From a virus: a stretch of 64,000 nucleotides of DNA. Where the stretch lies: IMG/VR virus record IMGVR_UViG_3300045988_131126; one strand, 5' to 3'. Positions 44,193 to 53,642 of the stretch are shown piece after piece; position 1 is the stretch's first letter; each line of letters opens with the position of its first letter. The notes under the pieces are model-generated. The model was not told where the DNA came from and searched no databases. It was given only the letters and a program-made list of their open reading frames with translations. Position numbers and translations under genes: made by a program.

Positions 44193-45923
44193 TTATCCAT
44201 TATATTTTGGATATTCCGCTCTCTTATCTGGTTTAAATGTAAGTTCTGTTTCAAACGGTACTTCTGGTTTGATATAGTCTACATGACCGAGTCTAGAGAT
44301 TGGGAATACCATTGGCGGAAGTTCTCCATTTTCATAAATATACATTGCTTCAAATACATGCTCTACAAAAATCTTTACTGTCCATCTCTTCGCTCTTGCT
44401 GCAATCTGAGCCGGTGGAAGCATTCCTTTAATGTAGTAGCTATACGCAATGCTATTCTTGCTATAGTTTTTAGCTCTAAGAGCTTTTGCAGCCTGGTCTT
44501 TATATTCCAGGTTTTCGTTTTTACGTGTTTCATATTCCTTCCTTTCTTTATATAACTCTCCATACATAGAACCTCTATTAGATACTTTAACGAAAGACTC
44601 TCCAATCTTCCACATAAGAACTTTCAGTTTAATATTGTATGGAGGCTTAGATAAATAAGAAATTAAGGATTTCTTAGTAATAAATCCATCGTATTTATCT
44701 TCCTCTTTATTAATAGTAGCTGATTTAATCATATTATTGATCTTTCTTCTACCATTAAGTTTTGTGTACAGGTTGCTCATGATTACATGGGTGATAATAT
44801 TCTTATCGGATAAATTGATAATATAGTCAACAAAATGATCTATACTAAACGGTTCCTCCATATTAATTACACCGAGATATGTTTCGTATGTATCCATATG
44901 AAGAATTTCATCTTCAATAGATTCATATTCTACTTCTGTATCATCAATCTCTTCTCTCTGATTAAGCTGTTTATAGGAACGTAAATCTTCATCGACAATT
45001 TTTCTAGCTAATAATATAAGCTTAGATAATTCTTTATTAGGCATTTTACTGATTACATATTCCTTGATTGCATTTTCATTATATAATAGATTTTCTGCTA
45101 AAGATTTATCAATATCAATATCAAGTTCTTCGCAAGCTGCGGCGAATCCTTTGTTTCTAATATCTCTAATAGCCATTAAATCTTTAACAATATTGGTTGC
45201 TTTCTCTTTGCCTAACCATGGATTATTATTGTCATTTAATCCTGCATATGACCAGAAGTTACCTGCAGAATTAACTCCATCTACATTAAAATATGCATAT
45301 AAGCAAGAACTGATTACTGGCCCAATACCTTTGTTTCGTTTTAACCATCTAGTTACTGGATTAGTATCAGAATATGCTTCAAGCATAGCTTTGGTATTAT
45401 CTTCAATATTTCTAAGCTGTAATAAGTTCCATTTCATAATAGATACATTGTCAGGATTATCATTATTATCGTATCCCTGATTTAATGATCTTACCTGATT
45501 CTCTGTACCAATTCTGAAATCCTGAATCTGATAATAAAAATCTACTAATGATTTGACCTCGTTATAATTAAGTGTCACTACAGTTTTCTTAAGGTCTTTA
45601 GACATTTTTCCAAGACCTATAACATTCTGCTTAAGTACACCATCTTCCATTTCCGCATCAGGCTCAAACTCTTCGATATCTTCTTCTGTCGCTTTTTCAA
45701 ACTTTAACACTTTCTTTTCTTTCTTAGACTCTTCATTCTTTTCCTCTTTATCATTCTTTTTAGTAGTTCCGGAAGTCTTTGTATTCTTTTCGTTAATAAT
45801 TTCTTCAACAATTTTCAAAGATTCTAAATCTCCCATACCTATAAAATATGACCTAGCCTCCTCTAAAGTTTTCATTCTACTTCTTGTTGATAATTCTTTT
45901 CCTCTGAATAATAATTTTGTCAT
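44193..45923 (-). CDS. hypothetical protein with a helix-hairpin-helix segment resembling the IS110-family Transposase_20 domain
   Basis: NKGIGPVISSCLYAYFNVDGVNSAGNFWSYAGLND parallels the IS110 C-domain pattern GIGP...A..L.A.......F.s......yaGL. No DEDD/RuvC-like N-domain was recognised. The N-terminus is K/E-rich. Confidence 0.6.
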   Translation of the reverse strand: MTKLLFRGKELSTRSRMKTLEEARSYFIGMGDLESLKIVEEIINEKNTKTSGTTKKNDKEEKNEESKKEKKVLKFEKATEEDIEEFEPDAEMEDGVLKQNVIGLGKMSKDLKKTVVTLNYNEVKSLVDFYYQIQDFRIGTENQVRSLNQGYDNNDNPDNVSIMKWNLLQLRNIEDNTKAMLEAYSDTNPVTRWLKRNKGIGPVISSCLYAYFNVDGVNSAGNFWSYAGLNDNNNPWLGKEKATNIVKDLMAIRDIRNKGFAAACEELDIDIDKSLAENLLYNENAIKEYVISKMPNKELSKLILLARKIVDEDLRSYKQLNQREEIDDTEVEYESIEDEILHMDTYETYLGVINMEEPFSIDHFVDYIINLSDKNIITHVIMSNLYTKLNGRRKINNMIKSATINKEEDKYDGFITKKSLISYLSKPPYNIKLKVLMWKIGESFVKVSNRGSMYGELYKERKEYETRKNENLEYKDQAAKALRAKNYSKNSIAYSYYIKGMLPPAQIAARAKRWTVKIFVEHVFEAMYIYENGELPPMVFPISRLGHVDYIKPEVPFETELTFKPDKRAEYPKYNG

Positions 45924-45945
45924 AACTCTTTCTCCTTAAGTATTT

Positions 45946-46155
45946 TTATTTTTTATCGTATTCGTGATATATTGGATTATACATCTTTGATTTGTCTAAT
46001 ACTTCTTGAATTCTGTCTTCAAGGTATCCATAGTCTGTTCCGTAAATTATGGCGACATTGTCTTCATCTCCCTCCTTTTCTGGATTGTCAATATTTATTT
46101 CCTTTTCTTCTAAGAAGTCCTCAAATATATCGATTATTATTTGGGCTGTATTCAT
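45946..46155 (-). CDS. small acidic protein
   Basis: Start moved to MNTAQIIIDIFEDF (SD AAAGGAGAAAATAAA). Confidence 0.55.
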   Translation of the reverse strand: MNTAQIIIDIFEDFLEEKEINIDNPEKEGDEDNVAIIYGTDYGYLEDRIQEVLDKSKMYNPIYHEYDKK

Positions 46156-46310
46156 TTTATTTTCTCCTTTCTTCACATCTATAATATATATTTAAAAATG
46201 TATTTAACAATATCATAATCCGGTGTGGATCATGGTTTCTTTTTCATTTTTTGTCCTAATTCTTTTGTGAAGATACCCTGTATAGGATTTCCTATACAGG
46301 GTATTCTTTC

Positions 46311-48713
46311 TTACATTTTCTTAGTATAACAATTTAAAACTTTAGCACCTCTTGTAGGAATTATCTTCTGACCTCCAGATATACTAGAAGATACCTTTAT
46401 ATCCTTTACAGGTATATCTAAAGTCTGAACAGTTGTAATTACATGTAATATCTCATTATCATTTGATCCTAATACTTTAAGTATAGAATCTGTTTTTCCA
46501 AGATTAATTACATTATTACCAGCTTTTCCTCTTTCAGATTTTGGTATAGCAGATAAATCTATTTTATTTACTTTACCACCAGTGGTTACAGTAATAATAC
46601 AATCTGCATCTGAATATATAGGAGAAATACCATCTATAGGATTCTTTGTATTCATAGCCATAACGCCTATAGCATTTCTCTTATAATGATTGATACTCTT
46701 GCATGGAATTCTTAATGCTTTCTTTCCACTATAGATTAATACGTCACATTTCTGCGGAATTACATCTATAGCAGTTACAATATCTCCATCATTTAATTTA
46801 GTATATATGATACCTGATGGAGGTGTATTGACAATATCATCTAGATCTATATTCTTAATATAATTTCCTTTTGTAACAACTGTAAGGAAATACTTATTTG
46901 TTTTTCTAGATGCTTGTTTAGCAATAGATTCAAATACAACACCTACTACATTGGAAGTTAATCCTTTTACAATACTACTTAAATCATATCCTATACTATT
47001 CTTTGCAGTATTCGGTATCTTATACACTGGTAACTTATATACCCTTCCATGTTCTGTAAAGAGTAATAAGTTTTCGGTATTAGATACTTTAAATGCAAAC
47101 TTAGGTACGCTATTCTTATTAGTATCGTTATCTTCTGGATTAATCTTCTTAATATAATTATCCTCAGTAATAATAACCTTGAATGTACCTTCTGGAATAT
47201 CATTAATCTGAGATAATTTAACTATTTTACATTTTCTAGGAGCATTATATTTAGCTTTAAATTCTAATAGCTCCTGTTCGATTTCTGCTAATAAAAGTCT
47301 TTCATCAGTAATCATATCAATATAATGATTTGATAAAGCTTTTAATTCTTTAGCTTCTTTCTTATACTTATCAAGATAAGCTACAGATAAAGTTTTAAGA
47401 TTACTATTAATAATAAACTTAGCCTGTAAATCTGTAATTTTAACTTTCTTAACAAGATATTCGATGATCTCGGTATCATCGGTAGTTTTTTGTTTCTTCA
47501 TCATATCAATAACGTTATCAATCTCTCCAGATTCTAATAACTTGATATAAGTTTCTTTTTCATGAAGCTTAGTACTAGCATTCTGATACTTGATATTATA
47601 GTATCTGAACTTGACTAATTTTCTGAAATTGATGAAATATTCTAAATAAGATTTATAACTAAATCTCTTTAATTCTACCCCCTCTAATACGTGGAAGTTT
47701 ATATGGAAAGATTTCTGCATATCTGTATTCTTATAGATTACATCTCTTACATAAGATGGATTAGATCCTTTCTTTAAAAGGATAACTATATTCATATTAT
47801 CTCCTTGAGATTTATCTATAATATCTGCTATTTGCGGAAGCTTTCCTTCTTTAGCAAGATTTTCAATTTTTACTTGAACGCATGTATCATATTTATTAGA
47901 AAAGTTTACCCCATCTGGAGTAGACTTTATAACTAATGCATGCTGATCTACTACATTAGAATTCAAGCCATACTCTTTCTTTAATTCTTCTGGAGTTAAT
48001 TCTTCTTCTTTTATAACTCCTCTTGCTACATATTTACCATTACCAGAATTACAGATCTTTTTCCAATTTGTATCTATAATTTCACATGGCATACATTGAT
48101 CTGGTACTAATACTACATCAGCTTTTGGATCGTGTATAAGCTTAATTGTGGCATCTATAACTTCGCCAATATTGTGCGGTGGAATTCCAGCTTTAATTCC
48201 AAAGCCGATTCCTAATGTACCATTAATAAGTAAGATCGGAACTTTAGCAGGTAAGTATTCCGGTTCATCTCCAGAATAATCAAATGTTGGTAACCAATCT
48301 ACTATTTCTTTACTTTGTTTTAATTCTGAAACCATAGCATCATATCCAAAATTAGATAATGATACTTCTGTGTATCTTGTAGCAGCTGCACCATCACCTT
48401 GCATAGATCCAAAGTTTGATTTGGATGCTGCTAAAGGCATTTTAGTATCCCACCAATCTACAAGAATCTTTATAGAATCTGCTATACTGCTATCTCCATG
48501 TGGATGATATTTCATAACTTCACCAACTACACGAGCAGTTTTAACTCTACTTGTTGGACACATATATGACATTACATATATATCTCTTCGTTGTACTAAT
48601 TTCAAACCATCTCTAACGTCTGGAAGCATTCTACGTCTATTAACCTCGGTTCCATATACTAAACCATGGTCTTTGTATAACTCCATGACATTTCTTTGTA
48701 TTATATTCTCCAT
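46311..48713 (-). CDS. type II DNA topoisomerase, A subunit (GyrA/ParC/T4 gp52-like)
   Basis: RRMLPDVRDGLKLVQRRDIYVM (GyrA N-terminal signature), HPHGDSSIADS, and the catalytic-Tyr context GAAATRYTEVSL. Confidence 0.9.
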   Translation of the reverse strand: MENIIQRNVMELYKDHGLVYGTEVNRRRMLPDVRDGLKLVQRRDIYVMSYMCPTSRVKTARVVGEVMKYHPHGDSSIADSIKILVDWWDTKMPLAASKSNFGSMQGDGAAATRYTEVSLSNFGYDAMVSELKQSKEIVDWLPTFDYSGDEPEYLPAKVPILLINGTLGIGFGIKAGIPPHNIGEVIDATIKLIHDPKADVVLVPDQCMPCEIIDTNWKKICNSGNGKYVARGVIKEEELTPEELKKEYGLNSNVVDQHALVIKSTPDGVNFSNKYDTCVQVKIENLAKEGKLPQIADIIDKSQGDNMNIVILLKKGSNPSYVRDVIYKNTDMQKSFHINFHVLEGVELKRFSYKSYLEYFINFRKLVKFRYYNIKYQNASTKLHEKETYIKLLESGEIDNVIDMMKKQKTTDDTEIIEYLVKKVKITDLQAKFIINSNLKTLSVAYLDKYKKEAKELKALSNHYIDMITDERLLLAEIEQELLEFKAKYNAPRKCKIVKLSQINDIPEGTFKVIITEDNYIKKINPEDNDTNKNSVPKFAFKVSNTENLLLFTEHGRVYKLPVYKIPNTAKNSIGYDLSSIVKGLTSNVVGVVFESIAKQASRKTNKYFLTVVTKGNYIKNIDLDDIVNTPPSGIIYTKLNDGDIVTAIDVIPQKCDVLIYSGKKALRIPCKSINHYKRNAIGVMAMNTKNPIDGISPIYSDADCIITVTTGGKVNKIDLSAIPKSERGKAGNNVINLGKTDSILKVLGSNDNEILHVITTVQTLDIPVKDIKVSSSISGGQKIIPTRGAKVLNCYTKKM

Positions 48714-48779
48714 TTTACTTTATCCTCCAGAATAAGCTTGATTACAAAGAAGTTATAACAAGATTATTCTTCAATAGTA

Positions 48780-49424
48780 TTAAAACTCCAAGTATCTACT
48801 TCTATATGGATCATATGGATAAAATCCAGTACCCATACAATAATAATATTTAGCATTTAATTCAAATTTGTATTTGATTCCGATTATATCTCCAGGAGAT
48901 ATTGATCTCCCTTTATAATTTTTTGGAATATTCTTTGATATTCCGTGCTGAAACATATTGAATATAAATTCAGCTTCCGGAATATACACAAATTCTTCTA
49001 CGCAGATAGATGTAGATAGATTTATTTCTTTTAATTCATACATCACATCCCCATTATAAACTTTCTTATAATCTTTAAAGTGATTATAAGCTTCGATATC
49101 TGCATCGCCTGCTGTATGACAGCCAAAATTATTTTCTTTCTGAAATATTGATACATTCATAATTACAAGAGTAGAATCATAGTCTTCGGATCTATCATTA
49201 TAAGTGGCAACATATTTGATACCAGCTTCATCTAATATGTGCTGAAAATAATCTCCATAGCATGTATCTTCGTTTTCTTCATCAAACCAATCTTCTACAG
49301 CGTTTTCAAGTATTTTACAAGCTTTATTAAATTTTCTTTTTCCTCCTTTGATTTCAAATGTTACGTCTATGAAATCATTCGTAAGACTAAAAACATTAAT
49401 TTTATTACCTTCTGTAGTTATCAT
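48780..49424 (-). CDS. hypothetical protein
   Basis: Start moved to MITTEGNKINVF (SD AAGGAGGATATACTT). Confidence 0.55.
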   Translation of the reverse strand: MITTEGNKINVFSLTNDFIDVTFEIKGGKRKFNKACKILENAVEDWFDEENEDTCYGDYFQHILDEAGIKYVATYNDRSEDYDSTLVIMNVSIFQKENNFGCHTAGDADIEAYNHFKDYKKVYNGDVMYELKEINLSTSICVEEFVYIPEAEFIFNMFQHGISKNIPKNYKGRSISPGDIIGIKYKFELNAKYYYCMGTGFYPYDPYRSRYLEF

Positions 49425-49493
49425 AAGTATATCCTCCTTATATTTATTCATACTTATAATATATAAGCCAAGCAAAAAATAAAAGGAAGGGTT

Positions 49494-49877
49494 TTAATCT
49501 AACCCTTCCTTTTTATATGCACTTATACTATCAACTATATCTTTATTGTACTCGAAATATTTAAGAATTTCCGATAATTTTATAATGCATTTTCCTAAAG
49601 ATTTAGCATAAAGATACTCTTCATGCGTACTTTCTCCAACAGAATAATCTATTATAAGCACATAGTCAGATATTTTTATAAGATTTTTATGCCTATTATT
49701 CAGATTTTTTATTTCTATATCACCAATATCTGATTTGTTGCATCCTAAAGTACCGTTAACCATATCTGGTATATAAAACATACAATCCTCTATATTACTC
49801 ATAAATTCTTTTGATAATAGGCACATCAACTTTCTATGTTTCATGCTTCCTATACAAGTTATAATCATACTATCCAA
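49494..49877 (-). CDS. hypothetical protein
   Basis: Track ORF followed by the hairpin AAAGGAAGGGTT/AACCCTTCCTTT. Confidence 0.5.
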   Translation of the reverse strand: MDSMIITCIGSMKHRKLMCLLSKEFMSNIEDCMFYIPDMVNGTLGCNKSDIGDIEIKNLNNRHKNLIKISDYVLIIDYSVGESTHEEYLYAKSLGKCIIKLSEILKYFEYNKDIVDSISAYKKEGLD

Positions 49878-50092
49878 AATCCTTCCATTAAATCATATAC
49901 CTTTAATATAGCGACAACACGTAATAAAGTTAGAACCACAACGATTTCAATAAATACTGCTAATATTCTTATTATTACCGAATAAATCATGCATTTATCT
50001 TTTTTAGGTTTTAGAAGTGTATCTACTGCACAAAATATATTTTTAATCATAAATGCTATTACAGAGGCTATTATAAAAGTTAGCATAAACAT
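49865..50092 (-). CDS. small membrane protein
   Basis: Two hydrophobic segments in 75 aa. Confidence 0.45.
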   Translation of the reverse strand: MFMLTFIIASVIAFMIKNIFCAVDTLLKPKKDKCMIYSVIIRILAVFIEIVVVLTLLRVVAILKVYDLMEGFWIV

Positions 50093-50153
50093 GGTGACTT
50101 ATCCCCTTTCTATAAAAATTTTTAATTATATTATAGTAAAGAAGCTTATTGAT

Positions 50154-50474
50154 TTAATATTTGCATTCTCTTAATATAGGATTATAGTAATTGTATTTCT
50201 CTATAAGAGAATCACATAGCTGTTTAACTTCAGAATTAATAGGGTTTACTATCCATCTAGCACTTCCTTCATAATGTGCACACATTTGAAGGTCTGGAAA
50301 AGAATTGTTCATATCAATTACTTTTAGCATCCATATGAGACCATTATTAAGTGCGAAATCCATGCTATGATTATCGCCACCTCTTTGAATTTCGCAATGA
50401 TACCATTTATCCCCTATCATATAGTCTTCTACTATAAATTCAGATATTTTCACAATAAGGATACCTCCAATCAT
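50154..50474 (-). CDS. hypothetical protein (start uncertain), paralogue of the next ORF
   Basis: The C-terminal EKYNYYNPILRE parallels REHNYFNPIIHE in 50440..50739. A GTG at 50453 after GGAGGT is an alternative start. Confidence 0.5.
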   Translation of the reverse strand: MIGGILIVKISEFIVEDYMIGDKWYHCEIQRGGDNHSMDFALNNGLIWMLKVIDMNNSFPDLQMCAHYEGSARWIVNPINSEVKQLCDSLIEKYNYYNPILRECKY

Positions 50475-50739
50475 TTTCGTGAATAATAGGATTGAAATAA
50501 TTGTGCTCTCTTAATACATAATTATATGCTTCCATAAGATTTTTGTTTTTAGGATCTGGTTTTATATCCCATCCTCTATCATAATTTAATAAAAAAGATC
50601 CGTCAGATTCATCTATAATAGTTAACTTAGATATTCTTCCACCGTTAATACCATAATCACTTCCTGCAAATGGATAGAATTTCATTTCTATTCTAAGTTC
50701 TGTTCCATCTTCGCATATATAATATATCGTGTACCACAT
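50440..50739 (-). CDS. hypothetical protein, paralogue of the previous ORF
   Basis: Track ORF with SD AAAGGAGGATAAATTT. Confidence 0.55.
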   Translation of the reverse strand: MWYTIYYICEDGTELRIEMKFYPFAGSDYGINGGRISKLTIIDESDGSFLLNYDRGWDIKPDPKNKNLMEAYNYVLREHNYFNPIIHENDWRYPYCENI

Positions 50740-50798
50740 AAATTTATCCTCCTTTTTAAAATGGTAAGGATAGAGTTCTTAGAACTCTATCCTTTTTG

Positions 50799-53150
50799 TT
50801 AGTTAATAATATCAAATCTTGATAACTTAGCATGAGCTATAAGTTCATATTTATTAGACTCATAATATTTGATCTGCTCATACTCTTTCTTCCAGTCTTC
50901 TATAGTATACTGAAGTAAAGTTCTATTCTCAGGATCCAATGTAGATTCAAAGAATCTAGGTCCATCCATTTCACCAAGACCTTTATATCTCTCAATCTTA
51001 GATGGTTTACTAGCATCAAATGTACTCATTAATGAATATAATGATACCACTTCACCATTAAGTTTATATACTAATGAAGCATTCTTATTCATCATAGAAA
51101 TGATATTCTTAGAATCTTCAATAAGGCTATCGTTCATAAATACCGTATGAACTTTTCCGTTATAGGTTACCTCTAATACCGGAATACCCTTTTTTGTACT
51201 AGATTTTACAAATCTAAATAACTTTTTCAGATTCTTCTCGATTTCTTTTAACGGCTTATCTCTTAAAGTTATTACAGACTCTAATATCAACGGATCTATA
51301 CATAATCTATTTGCAATTCTATTGACTTCATACGTATAGTCATTATTATCATATAATAAGTGAGATAATTCATCTTTAGAAAGAACTTTTCCATTTATAT
51401 ATTCTACTTTATTAGTCTTACTAAATATACTCTGGACATATTTAATATAATCGATCTTGTACTTAAAATAATTATATTTCTTTCCAACCTGCATACCGTA
51501 TAATGGTGGTACAGCTTTATATACATATCCAGCTTTTATTAAATCTGGCATATACATCATAAAGAATCTTATAAATAATGAACTAATATGATCACCATCT
51601 GCATCAGCATCTGTTGCTAATACTATCTTTATAAATTTAACTTTTGAAACATCGAAGTTCTTTCCGTATCCAGCACCTATTAATGTAATAATACCAGATA
51701 TCTCTTCATTACTTAAGAACTTTGCTGGAGCTGTATTAAACGCATTCGGAATTTTACCTCTAATCGGAAAATATCCTTGATGTTTAGTATCTCTACTGTT
51801 TCTCATAACTCCAGCTGCAGAATCACCCTCGCATATCCATAATTCCAAATCATGTTTTAATGAAGGTTTTACATATTTAGCTGGTAAACCTTGTCCGAAT
51901 GCTGACGCCTTGAAGTTCTTAGAGATTTTGATTTTCTCCGTATCTGCTTTCATTCTAGCATCTGCAATATCTTTAAAGTACTTACAAAGCCTATTAAGAT
52001 CATTTGGATTAGCTTTGATCCATTCAGATAATCCATTATAAATTGTATCATTAACGAATTTATCCATTTCTCTTACTTCCAAGATCTCTTTGGCTTGACC
52101 ATTGAATACTGGTTCAAGATGAAAACCAGATATTACTGCTATTAATCCTGTTTTAATATCTGCATTAGTTACAGTTGTTTTGTTTCTAGGATTACTAGAC
52201 AAATATACTTTATTCATATAATTGGTAAAGAACTTACATATTCCTTTCATAAATCCATTTATATGATCTCCTTGACTTGTCGGACAAGTATTACAAAAAG
52301 ATATAATTCTTTCTCCAGATGTAGTATTATCCATATCATAAGTAAATGCTAAATCCACTTTCATAATACCAGTATCTGCTGTAATGAATACTGGAGTTAT
52401 CAGAGGATTGGTACAATTCTGATAAAAGTATGTCATAATACCGTCTTCATTTACAAGTGTTTCTGACACCTTTTCTCCATTAGCTCTAATACCATTAAAT
52501 ATAATCTTAGCTCCAATTTTATTTAATGGTAAAATAAGCTTAACCAAATTTAATACATTATCTACTGTAACATATCCATCACCAGATTTCTGAAACTCTA
52601 ATGCTTCTTCTGCAGGTTTAAATACTACAATAGTACCCTGTTTATTTGTTTTATTTTGGATTTTCTTTTCTCCTTGTTTCCAAGGCTCTCCATTATTAAA
52701 TTCTACTCTTCTTCCCTCACCCAATACATAAGAATCTACATAGAAGAATTCTGATAACGCATTTGTTACTTTTGCTCCACATCCATGTAGACCAGATGAA
52801 TACTCTCCTTTTTTCTTATTATAGTTTGAAGATGTATTCATATCCGTAAAAGCTCTAATGATAGATCCAAACGGAATACCTCTACCATTATCTTCTACAA
52901 TAATCGTTTTACTATTTTCATCATATGAAATAATTACAGTATCACACGGAGAACTGTCTTTCATTATTTCATCTAATGCGTTCTGGATAATTTCTCTGAT
53001 CATATTTAAATGACCTTTAAATCCTCTAGAACCAATCCACATACCAATATTCTGTCTGACCTGAGCTACCCAATTATCAATTGTAATAAGCTCATCACCA
53101 TAATTCTTGATATTGTCAATCATTTCTTGGGATAATTCTTTTTTAGCCAT
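50799..53150 (-). CDS. type II DNA topoisomerase, B (ATPase/Toprim) subunit (GyrB/ParE/T4 gp39-like)
   Basis: GHKL ATPase motifs (IIQNALDE, DNGRGIP, GLHGCGAKVTNALS). Toprim motifs (ELWICEGDSAAG, LATDADADGDHI). Confidence 0.9.
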   Translation of the reverse strand: MAKKELSQEMIDNIKNYGDELITIDNWVAQVRQNIGMWIGSRGFKGHLNMIREIIQNALDEIMKDSSPCDTVIISYDENSKTIIVEDNGRGIPFGSIIRAFTDMNTSSNYNKKKGEYSSGLHGCGAKVTNALSEFFYVDSYVLGEGRRVEFNNGEPWKQGEKKIQNKTNKQGTIVVFKPAEEALEFQKSGDGYVTVDNVLNLVKLILPLNKIGAKIIFNGIRANGEKVSETLVNEDGIMTYFYQNCTNPLITPVFITADTGIMKVDLAFTYDMDNTTSGERIISFCNTCPTSQGDHINGFMKGICKFFTNYMNKVYLSSNPRNKTTVTNADIKTGLIAVISGFHLEPVFNGQAKEILEVREMDKFVNDTIYNGLSEWIKANPNDLNRLCKYFKDIADARMKADTEKIKISKNFKASAFGQGLPAKYVKPSLKHDLELWICEGDSAAGVMRNSRDTKHQGYFPIRGKIPNAFNTAPAKFLSNEEISGIITLIGAGYGKNFDVSKVKFIKIVLATDADADGDHISSLFIRFFMMYMPDLIKAGYVYKAVPPLYGMQVGKKYNYFKYKIDYIKYVQSIFSKTNKVEYINGKVLSKDELSHLLYDNNDYTYEVNRIANRLCIDPLILESVITLRDKPLKEIEKNLKKLFRFVKSSTKKGIPVLEVTYNGKVHTVFMNDSLIEDSKNIISMMNKNASLVYKLNGEVVSLYSLMSTFDASKPSKIERYKGLGEMDGPRFFESTLDPENRTLLQYTIEDWKKEYEQIKYYESNKYELIAHAKLSRFDIIN

Positions 53151-53190
53151 TATGATTATTCCCCTTTACGTATATTTAAAAAATAAAAAA

Positions 53191-53216
53191 GTGTAGAAGA
53201 GAATTCTCTTCTACAC
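53191..53216 (-). terminator. strong intrinsic terminator 40 nt upstream of the topoisomerase B start codon
   Basis: GTGTAGAAGAGAA/TTCTCTTCTACAC palindrome. On the minus strand it is followed by TTTTTTATTTTTT. Confidence 0.7.
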
Positions 53217-53259
53217 TTTTGTTATTCTCTATTTTCAGCATAAATATATGAAATTAATT

Positions 53260-53580
53260 TTAATTGCGTTCTGAGATTGACCGAGTGCTCCGACTGAATG
53301 ATCTCCCTTAACGATTCAACCTTGCAGGGGCTTCTATACGCGCGCTTAAGCCCGTTGTAGCAAAGTAACCGCATTTCCATATTCATTCCCAATTGCCGAA
53401 GTCTTATCCTTCAAACAACGATCGATCTCAGAACTCACATATGTTAAAATAGACAGATGTTTGGCGTATCCTAATATCAACTTAGCTCGCAGCGGACTCT
53501 TGCATATTAAACGCATCATCATGTCCGACTACGACCACTCTCGTGACTACAAGGATAATGCAGAGATAATATCTCATCTT
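53260..53580 (-). ncRNA. candidate structured RNA (leader/riboswitch-like element or stand-alone ncRNA); class unknown, strand inferred from context
   Basis: No ORF of 60 aa or more in any frame. My hand count for 53281-53580 gives about 44% GC (131 of 300) in a roughly 30% GC window. Long-range pairing GTTCTGAGAT (53268-77) with ATCTCAGAAC (53425-34). Local stems include GGGCTT...AAGCCC and a CTTCGG loop. It lies between the terminator of 53643.. and the terminator at 53191-53216. Confidence 0.45.
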
Positions 53581-53642
53581 TTCTTGTCTACTTTAATAAT
53601 ATGTTTAGAGAGATTGTAAATTAATACAATCTCTCTTTAAAT

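Noticed and set aside
44193-45923. This might be an IS110-family transposase (bridge-RNA recombinase), with the array as its non-coding partner.
   Set aside because: Only the helix-hairpin-helix segment (GIGP...YAGL) resembles IS110 proteins. I could not find the N-terminal DEDD/RuvC-like domain, and there are no obvious element ends. It is kept as an HhH DNA-binding candidate.
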